Assembly (NCBI GenBank): GCA_951406725.2
Contig: OX597817.1
Coordinates: 47,368,001 to 47,432,000, forward strand
Source of the DNA: Octopus vulgaris
Lineage: Eukaryota
Length of the DNA stretch: 64,000 nt
Reading direction: 5' to 3'
The translations under genes and the position numbers were made by a program. How positions within the stretch are numbered: the first letter of the stretch is position 1; every line of letters begins with the position of its first letter. Below, piece by piece: positions 12,886-27,009 of this stretch. The notes below the pieces were generated by a model. That model was not told where the DNA came from. It worked only from the letters and a program-made list of their open reading frames with translations, and did not search any database.

Positions 12886-13318
12886 GACATGTGTGTGTAC
12901 AAGAGTCTTCTGTAAAGTTACAGTCTCTTTCCACCTACAAAATTTCCTCCACATGGTATTGGTCAAACTAAAGTTAAAACCAAAGATACCTGTTACACAC
13001 TAGGATCGAACCTGAACAATGTAAATCTTAAGCAAACTCCTTAATCACACAGTTATACTAACACACATACTCACAAACACAAACATATCACACATACATA
13101 ACACATCACTTGAGAGAGTGTGTGTGTGTGTGCATGCGTCTGTGTGTGTGTGTGTTTGTTTTATATGAATCTATGTTAAGTGCATATGCGATGAAGATGG
13201 AAACATGAAAAGAGGTATTAAGTACACAAAACCCAGTTTAGAAAAGAAGTGTTCTGTTGTAAACACGTGCCAAATGTTAGCATCAAAAGAAATGCATACA
13301 CAGACCTGTGCATGTGTT

Positions 13319-13365
<47 letters not shown>

Positions 13366-13559
13366 GTATACATATATATACATGTACACATATATATACA
13401 TATATGTACACATATATATACATACATACATATACATACATGTACACATATATATACATACATACATACATACATATACATATATGTACACATATATATA
13501 TACATACATATATATACATATATGTACACATATATATATATATACATACATATATATAT

Positions 13560-13602
<43 letters not shown>

Positions 13603-13855
13603 TGTACATACATATATGTACATATATATATACAGGTATACATATATATACAGGTATACATATATATACATGTATACATATATATATACACATATATATA
13701 TATATATACATACATATATATACAGGTATACATATATATACAGGTATACATATATATACATGTATACATATATATATATACATATATATACATATGCACA
13801 TATACATATATATACATATGCACATATACATGTATGTATGTATGTATGTATATGC
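13319..13855. repeat. Compound (TA)/(CA)/(TACA) microsatellite
   Basis: Low-complexity tract that generates the spurious Y/I/H/T-rich ORFs. Confidence 0.95.
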
Positions 13856-14679
13856 ACACCACCACCTTCACCATCGCCATCATCAACTCTCTGGCAGTAA
13901 AAATTTCAGATCGAGACAAAAGAGAAGGAGAAGCACCAAAAGCCGTAGAATTTCTTCTCAAAGTAGCTCTGTAAATGTATATTTAGCAAATATAGCTGGG
14001 CAACACATCAATATCGCTATAAGACAGAATTCCATATAGATTCACTGTAGTTGACGCTAATTCCAAAAGGCTGTTGCCATTAGCAACTGATTTGCATTAA
14101 AGATGCAACAGAATGCACAATAATCTGTTGTGAGATAAGCAGGTAAAATTCAAAAAGCAACAACAACAACAACAGCAGCAGCAACAAGTGAAATGACAGT
14201 AATAAAATAACAATGCTTCCTTTCTGCTTCCACCCCACCACCCCACCCCACTTTCATTTCGGCTTTGTTGTTTTATATTTTCTTTAAAAAAAAATTATTT
14301 CTTAAATTTATTTTTATTTAGTTCATTTTTGTTTTGTTTTTCAAGTATTTATGAATTTTTCTAGAGAAAAATAAAGCTTTAACTGTCATTTTTAAGTGCA
14401 AAGTTTCAAGACATCATCATCATCATCATCATTGCCGTCATTATCATCATCATCATCATCATCATTGCCATCGTTATCATCATCATCATCCTCATCATCA
14501 TCATCTTCTCCTTCTACATCTTTCTCAGATGCCTGCAAAGTTCTGGTTTCTTAACAATGAACAATAAACCCTAACAACTAGAAAGACTTTACAAAGGCAC
14601 TTGACCTGTTAGAAACAACAGCTAAATATCTCTGAAACTATACTCTAACACACTGGATCTTAACTTAACAGTAGCACCA

Positions 14680-15130
14680 GGCTCAAATGTGATCTGGCAA
14701 TGTTTCTACAACTGGGTGCCCTTACTAATGCCAACTACTCTGAGAGTGTGGTGGGTGCTTTTTATGTGCTGCTGGCACAGGAGCCATTCAGGCAAGACTG
14801 GCATTAATCACGTTTGGATAGTTCTTTTTACGTGCTACCAGCATGGGGGCCAGTCAGTAGGTACTGACATTGGCCATGTTCAGATGGTGCTTTTTATGTG
14901 CCATCAGCACAAGAGCCAGTCAGGGGGTACTAGCATCGGTCACATTCAGTTGGTGCTTTTTATGCGCCACCAGCACAGAAACCAGTTAGGCAGACCTGGC
15001 ATCGACCACATTCGGATGGTGCTTTTTATATGCCACCGCCATGGGAGCCAGTCAGGCGGCACTGGCCACAGCTACAATATTGGTTTTACTTGACTCAACA
15101 GGTCTTCTCAAGCATATCATATCACCCAAT
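14680..15130 (-). mobile_element. Family C retroposon
   Basis: Conserved gtttctacaactgggtgcccttactaatgcc segment plus 5 internal units. Confidence 0.7.
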
Positions 15131-15164
15131 GCATCAGGGTTATTTTTAACATGACTGGATATGT

Positions 15165-15390
15165 TTCATGATCCATGTTTCACTGCCATGTAGCATGGCT
15201 GTTTGCACGCATGCATCATAAAGTCTACCTTTCATTCTGAGCGAGAGTCCCTTAGTTGCCAGCAGAGGCAGGATTTCCCTGAACTTTGCCCAGGCTATTC
15301 TTACTCTAGTCACTACACTCTCAGAGCAGCCACCCCCACTACAGACTTGGTCGCATAGATAGCAGAAGCTTTTAACTACTTCTAGTTTTT
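15165..15390 (-). pseudogene. Non-LTR retrotransposon RT fragment (RTE/RTE-X-like)
   Basis: LEVVKSFCYL...RVRIAWAKFREILPLL...KGRLYDACVQTAMLHGSETW. Confidence 0.8.
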
Positions 15391-16015
15391 CCCTGGCATG
15401 TGATGGAATCTGTTTTCTGTATAAGACCCAAATGGATTCTTCCAGACATATGCCATCAAATACACTGAGTCTCAGACTTCTTTCATAATCTCTATAAAAA
15501 TTCCACATAGACCACAAAGATATCTTAAAAGAAACACAAGCTTGGTTGGAATGGCATGAGAAAATCTGGATAGTAAATGAGGTAGTTTTAAGTTCAGTTT
15601 CATTGCATAGCACATTGGGTGGGTATTTTCTGCTATAACCTCAGGCCAACCAATGCCATGCAAAAGTACTTAACAGATGGCAACTAGAGGAAGCCTGGCA
15701 TGTGTGTGCGTGTGTTTGTATTTATATTCCATGTTGTTATGACTTGGGTAGAGTGATGCAGAAGTTGATATGACCAGTTTCTCTGTATTTTTTCAAAGAC
15801 CTGTCGGATAGAGATATCTCTTTCTCGAGTAACAGAGAATGGTTGGCCATGGGAAGAGGCCCTGGCCACAAAATAACTCTCCTCAATAACTGCCTCAGAT
15901 AGCTCTCAATCCAAGTCCATGGTGGCATGGAGAAACAGGAATTAAATGAATAAACAAATGAGAGAATATATATGTATGCATGTGTATGTATGTATATACA
16001 TATATACATACATAC

Positions 16016-16055
<40 letters not shown>

Positions 16056-18314
16056 CAAAATAAGACAAAGTAGAAAATGCTAAAATAATTTTATCATGAA
16101 GAACATTTTAGTACCGGTTTCAGCCTTTGCAACTTTTTCAAACTTTTTCATAGTAGAGCATGAAAAACAATTAAATTGTGGAAAAATTAAATGTGATGCT
16201 TTATATATACATACACACACACACACACACACCCACATATGTATATACATACATACACATCCATATATATATATATATATATGTACATACACACACACAT
16301 ATACACATACATATATATACACATAATACACGTTCATATATATATAAACACATATACTTACACACACACATACATATATATATATACACATGATACACAT
16401 ACATATATATACACACACATATACTTACACACACACATACATAAATAGATACATACATACATACATATAACAACACACACATATATGTATTATATATATA
16501 CATCAAGTGAAAGTAACAATGTGTGGATGAACATTGTAAATAGTAACATATAACAACATCTGATATATATATATATATGTACATATCTGTAAGTATATGT
16601 GTGTATACATGCCACACAACAGAGTGGCTGCCAAAAAGGTACTGTAAGAATGTGTACCAAAAAAGTATTAACTGTGTATCAATAGCTGCAAGTTATTGTT
16701 GTCAGTATTGCTGGTGGTGCTAAAAAAAAAAAACAAACTAGAAGCACTTCACCAGAGGGGCAAGAGTAACAGGGAGGGATAAGACTCAGGAAACAAAATT
16801 AAAAAAGAAAAAAAAACAGAGAGAGCAAAAGAGAGTGTGGGAGAAACAAGTGGAAGGCTAATAAGCAGTGTGCTGGTGGTGGGTTGTGGAAATAGGGCAA
16901 TGGAGATAGTTCAGGAGATAAAGGGAGATAATGATGGGATTCTATTGGCATGAGAAATTGATCGACATAATGAAAGCAGTAAGAATTCTACAGCGATAAT
17001 TAAATGACTTGTTCTATGTTGCAAACCAAACAAAAAAAGTGGGACCTAGAAATACTCGCAGAAATAACCTTCAGGCCATAAGTTTTTTCAGCGATATAGC
17101 TGCCAGTGTGGAATTAAAAATACGAGACAATTATATAACTCAGAAAAAAATTTCTTGAAAACAAAACGAGAGACAGAAAGAGAGAAAACTGCCTGGTTTC
17201 TTCCATAAACAGTCACAACTTATTTCAAGAAACCTGAAAGTTTAAAGTAATCAATAAAATATGATCAATTTATTTATATGACAGTTAAATGCAGTTAGTG
17301 TTGTGGTTTAGCTCCAAGTTAGTTCTGATTGAGTGAATCGGCAGACTTACGACTTTACATTCCATCTGTGGCCATCCAGTGATTTGGGGTAGGGTGTGTA
17401 GGACTCTGTTATCTGATATCACCGTGATCACCATGACCGACCAGGTTATCAGATGTTGCAACACATCGCTGGTCACAATGCGCTTCGCATTGTTTTAGCC
17501 TTCAAATGATGCCACCCCACTGGCTAAGCAAGCAGGCCAATAGAAAAAAGAGTGAGAGAAAGTTGTGGCGAAAGAGTACAGCAGGGATCGCCACCACCCC
17601 TGCCAGAGCCTCGTGGAGCTTTAGGTGTTTTCGCTCAATAAACACTCACAACGCCCAGTCTGGGAATCGAAACCGTGATTCTACAACCACGAGTCCGCCT
17701 CCACGTTATTTGATATATCTTTTATATTTTACGTGCCTTAATCACTGGATTGCAACCCAGCCATGTTGGGGACACCCACATTGAAGGGTTGAAGCCAAAA
17801 CAAAATCAACACCCAGTTGACAACTGAAAAGTCCCTTAAACCCTTGAATGTCATTGGGACGCTACAGCCATGCAGCATATCTAGGGTGAGAAAGCAAGGT
17901 GGAGCCCATCTCCCTCCAAGCTAAACTCGTTTCTACAGCTGAGTGGACTGGAGCAACATGAAATGAAGTGTTTTGCTCAAGAACACAACCGATCAGCTGG
18001 TCCAGGGATCGAAACCACAATGTTACAATCGTGAGTCCAACACTCTAACCACTAAGTCACACACCTCCACACCCAATACTTAGCTTTTAAGTTCGGTAAT
18101 TATTCCATCAGTTCTCTTTTGCTGAACTACTAGGTTACAGGGATGTAAACAAACACTGGTTGTCAAGTGGTGAGAAGGAGAGAAACACAAATACAATGAC
18201 ACACACACACACACACATTCTTTATGACTTTTTCCATCCAATTGGTTTTAACATACTATTTACACATTATTCTTTATAACTTTATCTACTCTCAGTTCCA
18301 CTGTAAAAAAATCA

Positions 18315-18361
<47 letters not shown>

Positions 18362-19230
18362 CATACATATATACATACATACATACATATATACACATAC
18401 ATATATATATACACACATGCATATGCTAGCATAGAAAGCGGACGTTAAATGATGTGGATATATATACATACATATATATATATACATACATACGTATATA
18501 TATATACATACATATATACATATATATATACACGAATACGTACATACATGCATACATAGGGAAAGTGAGAATGGTATAGATTAATGAAATGATGACACAG
18601 AGGACAGGAGTAATGAAATAGGAGGTGAAGAAAGAGAAGAAACAAGAGGAGAGAAAAGGGAAGAAAAAAGAAGCATAAAAGTTCTTCATCTCCTTATTCC
18701 TTTACTCTTGTCTTCTATGTTGTCATTTCATTAATCTATATATCTATATATATATATATATGAAAATGATGTGTTATAATACTATTCAACATATACAAAA
18801 AACAGCCATACCAACAATCCAACATACTTCCATCATCAGCTGCCCCACATATATCATTATGGTTTCGACACCTGGACAGTACCATTCAATCCGGCAGTGT
18901 CAACAGCACTAAAATAAGTGTTGGTTGGGAACAAACATACCAAACAAACCACAACTTACAAAAGCATTTACACTATGTACAACCAAATCGGTAAATACAT
19001 TCAATAAGTAAATCTATAACCAATTCCTACATATGCAACTAAAAAGCAACCAAACCTTTAAGTCATGCAACTACATATGCAACTACATATGCAACTAAAA
19101 AGCAACCAAACCTTTAAGTCATGCAAACAATATTCCCTGCAGTCTTCCATAGTATATAAAAGTGAGAGCTTAATAACCACATTCATTCAATCTAAACATA
19201 AGCTGGATTAAACATGAAGTTTAAAATTAA

Positions 19231-19262
<32 letters not shown>

Positions 19263-19280
19263 GTGTATATATATATATAT

Positions 19281-19900
19281 ATCATCATCATCATTGTTTA
19301 ACGTCCGTTTTCCAGCCTAGCATGGGTTGGATGGTTTGACCAGGGTCTGCGCCAGACTCCACTCTGATCTGGTAGCGTTTCTACAGCTGGATGCCCTTCC
19401 TAACGCCAACCACTCTCCGTGAGTGTAGTGGGTGCTTTTTACGTGCCACCACCACAGGGGTAAAGGAGGCTGGTAAACGGTCGCAATCATTTGGTGCTTT
19501 TTACGCGTCGCCAACATGGATGCCAGTCAGGCAGTGCTGGCATCAGCCACATTCAGATGGTGCTTTTTACATGCCACTGGCATGGGTATCTTAACTACAA
19601 TTTCCATTTGATTTTTATTTTGATGCTGGTGTTGACGTACTTGACTCAATAGGTCTCCTCAAGAACAGTGGATCACTCTACGATCCAAGGTTAGCACAGC
19701 AGGCCATCCTGCGAGCCATGAACTCACTTCATTTGTTGGGTCTTCACAGTCACAGCATATCTCCAGAGGTCTCGGTCTTCGTCATTTACTCTGTGAGGCC
19801 CAACGTGCCACTGGCACGGGTATCACAACTACAATATCCATTCGATTTTTATTTGATGTTGATGTACTTGACACAATAGGTCTCCTTAAGCACAGCAGGA
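19281..19900 (-). mobile_element. Family C retroposon, long variant
   Basis: (cat)n tail and conserved core. The 5' part (cagcaggccatcctgcgagccatgaac) is shared with the copy at 44195-44752(+). Confidence 0.75.
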
Positions 19901-19929
19901 TATATATACTACGTAGGTATATATATATA

Positions 19930-20210
19930 TAGTTCAAATTTACAGAAAACAAAAGACGAAGACAAGTGTAGGAACAACAAACAACTGTATTAGTTTAATG
20001 CTCAGGAAGAATGGAAAAGGATTTTACATTTCGAGCCTATGCTCTTCACTGCAAAGGATTAAGAGGAAAAAAAATGGAGAGAGAATGAAAACAAATGGAG
20101 AGAGAATGAAAAAAGAAAAATGGAAAGAGAATGAAAGAAAAAATGGAGAAAGACAGAAAAGAATGGAGATAGAAAAAAAAAGGGTAGAGATTAATGGTTC
20201 AACATGATGA
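19930..20210 (-). mobile_element. (TA)n-embedded ~200-bp hammerhead-bearing element (family H), decayed core
   Basis: Shares aaagacgaagacaggtg...gtattagtttaatgctc...tttcgagcct with 28238-28435, 30062-30255, 36310-36525 and 36765-36900. Confidence 0.75.
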
Positions 20211-20238
20211 AATATAAATATAAATATATATATATATA

Positions 20239-20613
20239 TCACTTATTATAAAAGGCAGATTTTATCTGCCTCCCTTTGTCAGTTATAGAAATCTACAATA
20301 TAGGATTTCTTCAATTACAATTTACTTAGCATTTTTAAGAGTAGAATGCATCGGGTTTTGCCAGGCCCACTTTTTAAAATTTAAACTCCAATTAAGCAAA
20401 ATTTACAGAAAACTCACATTCTGGTGTGTATGTCAAATGCTTTTCTTAATGTGTTTTACACCACACGCACACACACAGTGTGCAAGGAATAAAATGAAAG
20501 TAATTCACCTTTTGTAGTGAGTGACTCTTTCAGTCTGCCACTTCCTCTTTACACACATAGACACGCAAATATATAAATAAAATTGTAAGCTAACGTGCGT
20601 GTGTGTGAGTGTG

Positions 20614-20667
<54 letters not shown>

Positions 20668-22328
20668 CGTGTGCGGGAGTGTGTGACAGGAAAGTATTTT
20701 AGGACGAATATAAGACCTATATCGGCGATGTTTCGCTTGTCGTAGCACAGGTTTCCGTCGATTTCCGTAAAAAACTTATTTTTTTACATAAGTAATGAGA
20801 GCGAAAGAGACTAAGAGAAAGCGATTGTATGACGAGGGAAGTTCTTTTGAAGTTACCGTGCATGGGATGCGCATTGATGTACATGTGTGTGTGTGTTTGA
20901 TGGAGTGTGGGAGACAGACAGTATGTTGTGTAAGTGAAGTGCTTCTGTTAGTGTGTGTGAAGAGACAGAGAGAGTAATGTGTGAAAGAGAGAGATAACTG
21001 AAATTTTTTACTCGGTTTATGTGTATATGTATGTATGCATGTATGTGTGTGTGTGTGTATGTATGTGTGTGTGTATGTATGTATGTATGTATGTATGGCC
21101 GATTCAGTGTTTACATTTTTTACGGAAATCGACGGAAACGTGTGCTACGACAAGCGAAACATCGCCCCTATATCCAAGTAGCAGAAAGATCGCCCAAAAG
21201 TGTATATAGATATTTAAATGTATTTATATATTCATCTATACACAGATGTATGTATAATGTGTGTGTATATATTTCCATACACGTAACCATTCACTCCGCA
21301 CAAAGTTTTTTAGGACGAAAATAAGATCTAAAGTTATCTCTAAGTAGCACAGAGATCGCCCAAAAGTGTATATAGATATTTAAATGTATTTATATATTCA
21401 TCTATACACACATGTATGTATAATGTGCGTGTATATATTTCCATAGAGGTAACCATTCAATCCATACAAAGTTTTTTAGGACGAAAATATTTATATATAA
21501 AAGAAAGGTTGTGTGTCTGTCTACTCCGATTTAGATTCCTAACTACTCCCACATTTTGCGATGCAGTTTAACCAAAACCGGGTATCTTATAGTCGTGATT
21601 CATATCGAGCCCTTCTGGGTATTAGCGCGCGTCTACGATGAGTCTATGATTTTACAAATAATTTACCATCATTTTTTTCCATTTTAATGCATATTTTTAA
21701 AAATAAACGGAAGTAACTCTCAAACTTCACACCAATATGCGTGCTCATCTTCGACGTAATATCACATCAGCAGCATTTCCTCACACCCTCCTTGCACTTG
21801 ATGAAGGCAAAATACCAGGGGATGAAAATGGTAATATTGCCATCGATTCCATTTGTACCATTGTTAAGATGCCTTCTGATCTCAGAGATGCAGTGTTCCC
21901 AGATCTACAAGCTAATTATCAGAATATGGATTGGAAAAAGGCTATACTGGCCCCGAGGAATAAAACTGTTCACCATATTAATGATGAAATGCTAAAACTC
22001 ATTCCTGGGGAGGTCTATGTATATCAGTCTATCGATACAACTCCTGACCCAGAGGACGTCATCAACTATCCAATAGAGGTACTCAATTCCTTTGAGCACC
22101 CCGGACTACCACCACACTTTCTCAAACTTAAAGTTGGTGCCCCTATAATGCTCATCAGAAATTTGGTTCCCCCAAAACAATGCAATGGCACACGTTTGAT
22201 CGTTAAGTCCTTATCTCCCACCGTAAGCTTATATCAATATTTGCCTGAATAATCATCATAATTCAGTGCAATCATTAACAGTACTTTCAAGCAATTCAGC
22301 CCCGAGCAACGCCGGGCAATTCTGCTAG
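20239..22328 (+). mobile_element. Composite non-autonomous Helitron
   Basis: A|TC 5' end; 3' hairpin cccgagcaacgccggg (22301-22316) followed by CTAG|T; inserted in (TA)n. A second Helitron-like 5' end lies near 21490. Confidence 0.85.
21737..22252 (+). pseudogene. Helitron PIF1-family helicase C-terminal fragment
   Basis: Motifs AILAPRN, LPPHFLKLKVGAPIMLIRNL and CNGTRL; no Rep domain and no Walker A. Confidence 0.9.
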
Positions 22329-22424
22329 TATATATATATATATATATACCATTAGCATCAACATCACTCTTTTAACATCCACTTTCCTATGTTTGCACAG
22401 GTCCATGTCTGGTAAGTTCACCAT

Positions 22425-22640
22425 CATCAATTCATCACAGGGAAAATTCACAGTGAGGAATGTTCACTAATTGCTCGTTTTGATCTCCATTATGTTCATT
22501 TATTTTCAATAAAATCGTTTTTAACTATTAATGGTGAGATACAACGGATATATTTTCTTGGTAAATACGGATATATTTCCTTGTGGTGAACATTCTTCAT
22601 AGTGAATTGATGGCAGTGAACTCTCCTGTGATGAATTCAT
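22425..22640. mobile_element. MITE-like element with degenerate inverted ends
   Basis: aattcatcacagggaaaattcac ... gtgaactctcctgtgatgaatt. Confidence 0.5.
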
Positions 22641-23045
22641 CATCATTATCATCGTTTAATGTCTGCTTTCCATGCTAGCATGGGTTGGACGATTTGACTG
22701 AGGACTGGCGAACCAGTTAGCTGCACCAGGCTCCAATCTGATCTGGCAGAGTTTCTACAGCTGGATGCCCTTCCTAATGCCAACCACTCCGAGAGTGTAG
22801 TGGGTGCTTTTACGTGCCACCGGCACGGGAACCAGTCAGGTGCTACTGGCAATGACCTCGCTTGAATCTTTTTACACATACCCCCAGCACAGGTGCCAGT
22901 AAGGCAATGCTGGTAACAACCATGCTCGAATGGTGCTTTTTACATGCCACCGGCACGGAAGCCAGTTAGCCGTTCTGGCAATAATCATGCTCGGATGGTG
23001 CTCTTAGCACCCTACTAGCACGGGGCTCAAGTGCCAGTAAGGCGA
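22640..23045 (-). mobile_element. Family C retroposon
   Basis: Near-consensus copy. Others at 37350-37737(+), 39368-39840(-), 40225-40652(+), 58335-58670(-) and 59040-59345(+). Confidence 0.8.
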
Positions 23046-23941
23046 AATTCACCGAGGCCAATTTTTCATGGTCTGATACCTTTCCTGGCACCTTTTCTTA
23101 AGCAAGGTAACAGTCTCCCATGGCTGGACATGTTTTCACAGCCCATATTAGAAACGAATAACTCCACTTGTTTGGTGTTGGCACCCGCTTACAATTACAA
23201 GACAATGCCAAGATAAGGTGACCAACACACACACATACTCAATATCAATGTTCTTTCAGTTTCTATCTACCAAATTTACTCACAAAACTTTTATCAACCT
23301 ATGGCAGAAAACACTCACCTGGGGTACTGTAGGATTGAACCCAAAACTGCATGGTTGAGAAGTGAATTTCTTAACCAAACTGCTAAGCGTGTATAACTAT
23401 GATCATGTAGTTAAGACATTGGTTTTGCAATCACGAAAGCACAGGTTCAATTCTACTGCATGGTATTCTAGGCAAGTGCTTTTGCCTGACTCTAACTGCA
23501 AGTCAACTCAAACCTTGTGTATGAACCTGGGTAAATGTAAACTGTTTAGAAACACATCAGGTGGACTTTTATATGTCATTCAAAAGTCCAGTCTTAGCAC
23601 ATTATGTCACAGCAGTTCTACTTCAGAATTACAGTCAGGATACTGGGTTGGAGGAATCAGTGGAACAGCTGGCAAAGAGCGAATGGAGTGTGGTGGTATA
23701 GACATGTGGAAAAACCATAGGGTCAAAACAGCTTTTGACCCAAACCAATCAGCCACAAGAAAAACTTTCCACATTAAGGAGCTCGGCTCCGCTGCCACCC
23801 AGACCCCAGTGGATAGTCTCCTCTATCCACTTGGGTTTTATACCGGGTGGCAACCCGTAGACCCAAGCTCTTGTCAACTTCTTCCCACAATATTTGGGAA
23901 GAAACAAAATTTCTTTGCCCTCTATGGGCTAAAAATAATGA

Positions 23942-24175
23942 AGGCGGTGAGCTGGCAGACTCGTTAGCATGCCGGGCGAAATGCCTAACGGTATTTCGTC
24001 TGATCTTACGTTCTGAGTTCAAATTCCGCCCGGAGTTCAATTTTGCCTTTTGTCATTTCGGGGTCGATTAAATTAGTACCAGTTTCACACTGGGGTCGAT
24101 ATAATCGACTTAATCCGTTTGTCTGTCCTTGTTTGTCCTCCCTGTGTTTAACCCCTTGTGGGTAGTAAAGAAATA
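23942..24175 (+). mobile_element. Family A SINE
   Basis: ggcggtgagctggcagactcgttagc ... taaagaaata. Confidence 0.85.
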
Positions 24176-24177
24176 GG

Positions 24178-24263
24178 TATGGACATGTGTTGAGGAAGGA
24201 TGAGGATCATGTTCTGAGGAGAGTACTTGAGTTTAAAGTGAACGAACCATGAAAGCGAGGTCA
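24178..24263 (+). pseudogene. RTE-like LINE fragment
   Basis: YGHVLRKDEDHVLRRVLEFKV. Confidence 0.6.
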
Positions 24264-24264
24264 A

Positions 24265-25050
24265 TGGTATGGGCATGGGTGCTTTTTAGGTAGTACCAGC
24301 ATGGGTGCATTTTACATGGCACTAACATAGCTGCATTTTATGTGGTACCAGTACAGGTATTTTTTTACAAGGCACCAGCACAGGTGCTTTAAGCATATGG
24401 CACCAGTACAGGTGCTTTTTACATGGTACCAGCATGGTTGCTTTTTACATGGTACCTGCATGGTTGCTTTTTACATGATACCATCACGGTTGCTTCTTAC
24501 ATGGTACCAGCACGGTTGCTTTTTACATGGTACCTGCATGCTTGCTTTTTACATGGTACCAGCATGGTTGCTTCTTACATGGTACCAGCATGGTTGCTTT
24601 TTACATGGTACCAGCACGGTTGCTTTTTACATGCTACCAGCAGAGGTGCTTTTTACATGGTACCAGCATGGTTGCTTTTTACATGTACCAGCATGGTTGC
24701 TTTTTACATGGTACCAGCATGATTGCTTTTTACATGGTACCAGCAGAGGTGCTTTTTACATGGTACCAGCATGGTTGCTTTTTACATGGTACCAGCACGG
24801 TTGCTTTTTACATGGTACCTGCATGCTTGCTTTTTACATGGTACCAGCACAGTTACTTTTTACATGGTACCAGCACGGTTGCTTTTTACATGCTACCAGC
24901 AGAGGTGCTTTTTACATGGTACCAGCATGGTTGCTTTTTACATGGTACCAGCATGATTGCTTTTTACATGGTACCAGCATGGTTGCTTCTTACATGGTAC
25001 CAGCACAGTTGCTTTTTACATGGTACCAGCACAATTGCTTTTCACATGGC
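24265..25050. repeat. 26-bp minisatellite (~30 units), consensus gctttttacatggtaccagcatggtt
   Basis: Direct reading; the ORF-track peptides cycle with a 26-aa period. Degenerate relatives at ~49530-49640 and ~58650-58905. Confidence 0.95.
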
Positions 25051-25939
25051 ACAAACAGAGGTGCACCAGCACCAACAGGGTCAATGCTATTAAATCCGTT
25101 TGTTCTAGGTCTACTTCTCAAGCATTTGCCATTTATTCCTTCTAGTAAAAGACTTTTTTATACCTCGTACTCTTACTAAGTGACCAAAGTACTTTAACTT
25201 CCTCTTTTTATTAGCTGAGAGTAAACGTCCACATTTCAAAAGCTTCTAGTTTGTCAGATAGAGTTTGCGTCAATGTCCATGTTTCTACACCATATACTAG
25301 TACGGACCATATATAACATTTACCGTCATATACACAGCTACAAACACACATACAGACTCTTTCGAGATAGACGGAAGAGAAAAATGGAAAATACTATGAA
25401 ACTGCATCTTGGATAATAATAATTTAACCTGTTCCCATAAAACAAGATATAAAGTTGAAAAAGTTAATTTGATGGTCAGAGAGTCACTAAAATAATCAGA
25501 CTGTAGATACAGCAAGAAGTGAAAGAATAATGGCTCTTATCATAGAATCCAGGCTACCATTTTTCAAAATGGTCTTCGCATTGCTAAAACTTTACAAGTG
25601 GTATCTGTGGCAGTAGTCATATTTCACTGCACATTTAGCATGCAATCTACAATTCAGAATTGTTCTTTGTCCGTGTGTGTGTTTATAATGAAAATATATA
25701 CATAACTGTTCTTGTACATGGCCCGCATGTGTGCGTATATGTGTGTGTATATATATATATATATATATACATATATGTGTGTGTGTGTAAACATAAAGGT
25801 ACACACACATATATATATATATATACAGACATTCATCTATAATAATAAACAATATACAAACACGCAAAAAAACATATATGCATACATAAATATTTCATCT
25901 CTACACGTATACACAAAAAATAATTCAATAAATCATATG

Positions 25940-25971
<32 letters not shown>

Positions 25972-26164
25972 TATGTGTGTGCGTGTGTGTATATATGTGT
26001 GTGTATACATATTATGCATTCACAAATATATACATTAGTATATATACATACATATATATATTTATATACATATACACACAAATTTACATGCACCCCACAC
26101 ACCTGCAAACACATACTTACAGACTAACATACATATATGTCTATAAACAAAACACAATACACAC

Positions 26165-26490
26165 ACATTCAAAATTATACAGACATACATAGACATAGCT
26201 GCAATATGAACACACATACCACCACTAAAATACACACACTCAAAATTATACAGACGTACACAGATATAGCTGCATATGAACACACATACTACCACTAAAA
26301 TACACACACACACACTCAGAATTATACAGACATACACAGACATAGCTGCAATATGAACACACACATACAGCTACTAAAACACATACATGCGCACGCGCGC
26401 ATATACATAGACACATACACACACACTCAAAATTATACAGACATACACAGACACAGCTGCACATGATCACCCACACAACCACTAAAATAC
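26165..26490. repeat. ~70-bp minisatellite (4 imperfect units)
   Basis: Repeated aaattatacagacatacacagacatagctgca...actaaaatac. Confidence 0.8.
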
Positions 26491-26978
26491 AAATACAGAT
26501 TTACTCACAAACGCAAACATACGACCGACACACTAACAAAAACACAGAAATATGCAGAGGTCTTTCAAGACCAAAGAACCATTAAAAAATATATATAAAA
26601 AAAAAAGATAATTTACATAAATTTGATTCCACAAAGGACCAAATGTGACGACAAACTTCAAAGCAATTCTTAAATTCTATTATTTCAAAATATAGTAATA
26701 TTTAGCTTGGTATTTTTTTACAGCTTCTATGATTTATTTGCTCCAGTCATTGGACTGTGGCCATGCTGGGGCATGGCTTCAAGGTTTTGATTGAACAAAT
26801 CGACTCCGGTGCTTCTTTTTTTGTGCCTGGTACTTATGGTAGGTGTAAACAAACCAACACAAGTTGTCAAAGTGTTTTGTGACACACACAAATGTGCACT
26901 TGCGTGTGTGTGCATGTGTGTGTTGTTTGAAGCACTGAGAAGTTTCCAAATAAGCCAAAATACAAATATACATATATA

Positions 26979-27009
<31 letters not shown>

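Noticed and set aside
13205-14039. Long overlapping ORFs of 180-250 aa (also 45669-46653, 24340-25179, 50266-50817)
   Set aside because: Translations of micro- and minisatellites that lack stop codons.
23830-23873. aacccgtagacccaagct resembling miR-100, in a small hairpin
   Set aside because: Several mismatches after the seed, wrong arm, and the hairpin is too short for a pre-miRNA.
23362-23967. 201-aa ORF
   Set aside because: Runs through decayed SINE and LINE fragments; no domain is recognisable.
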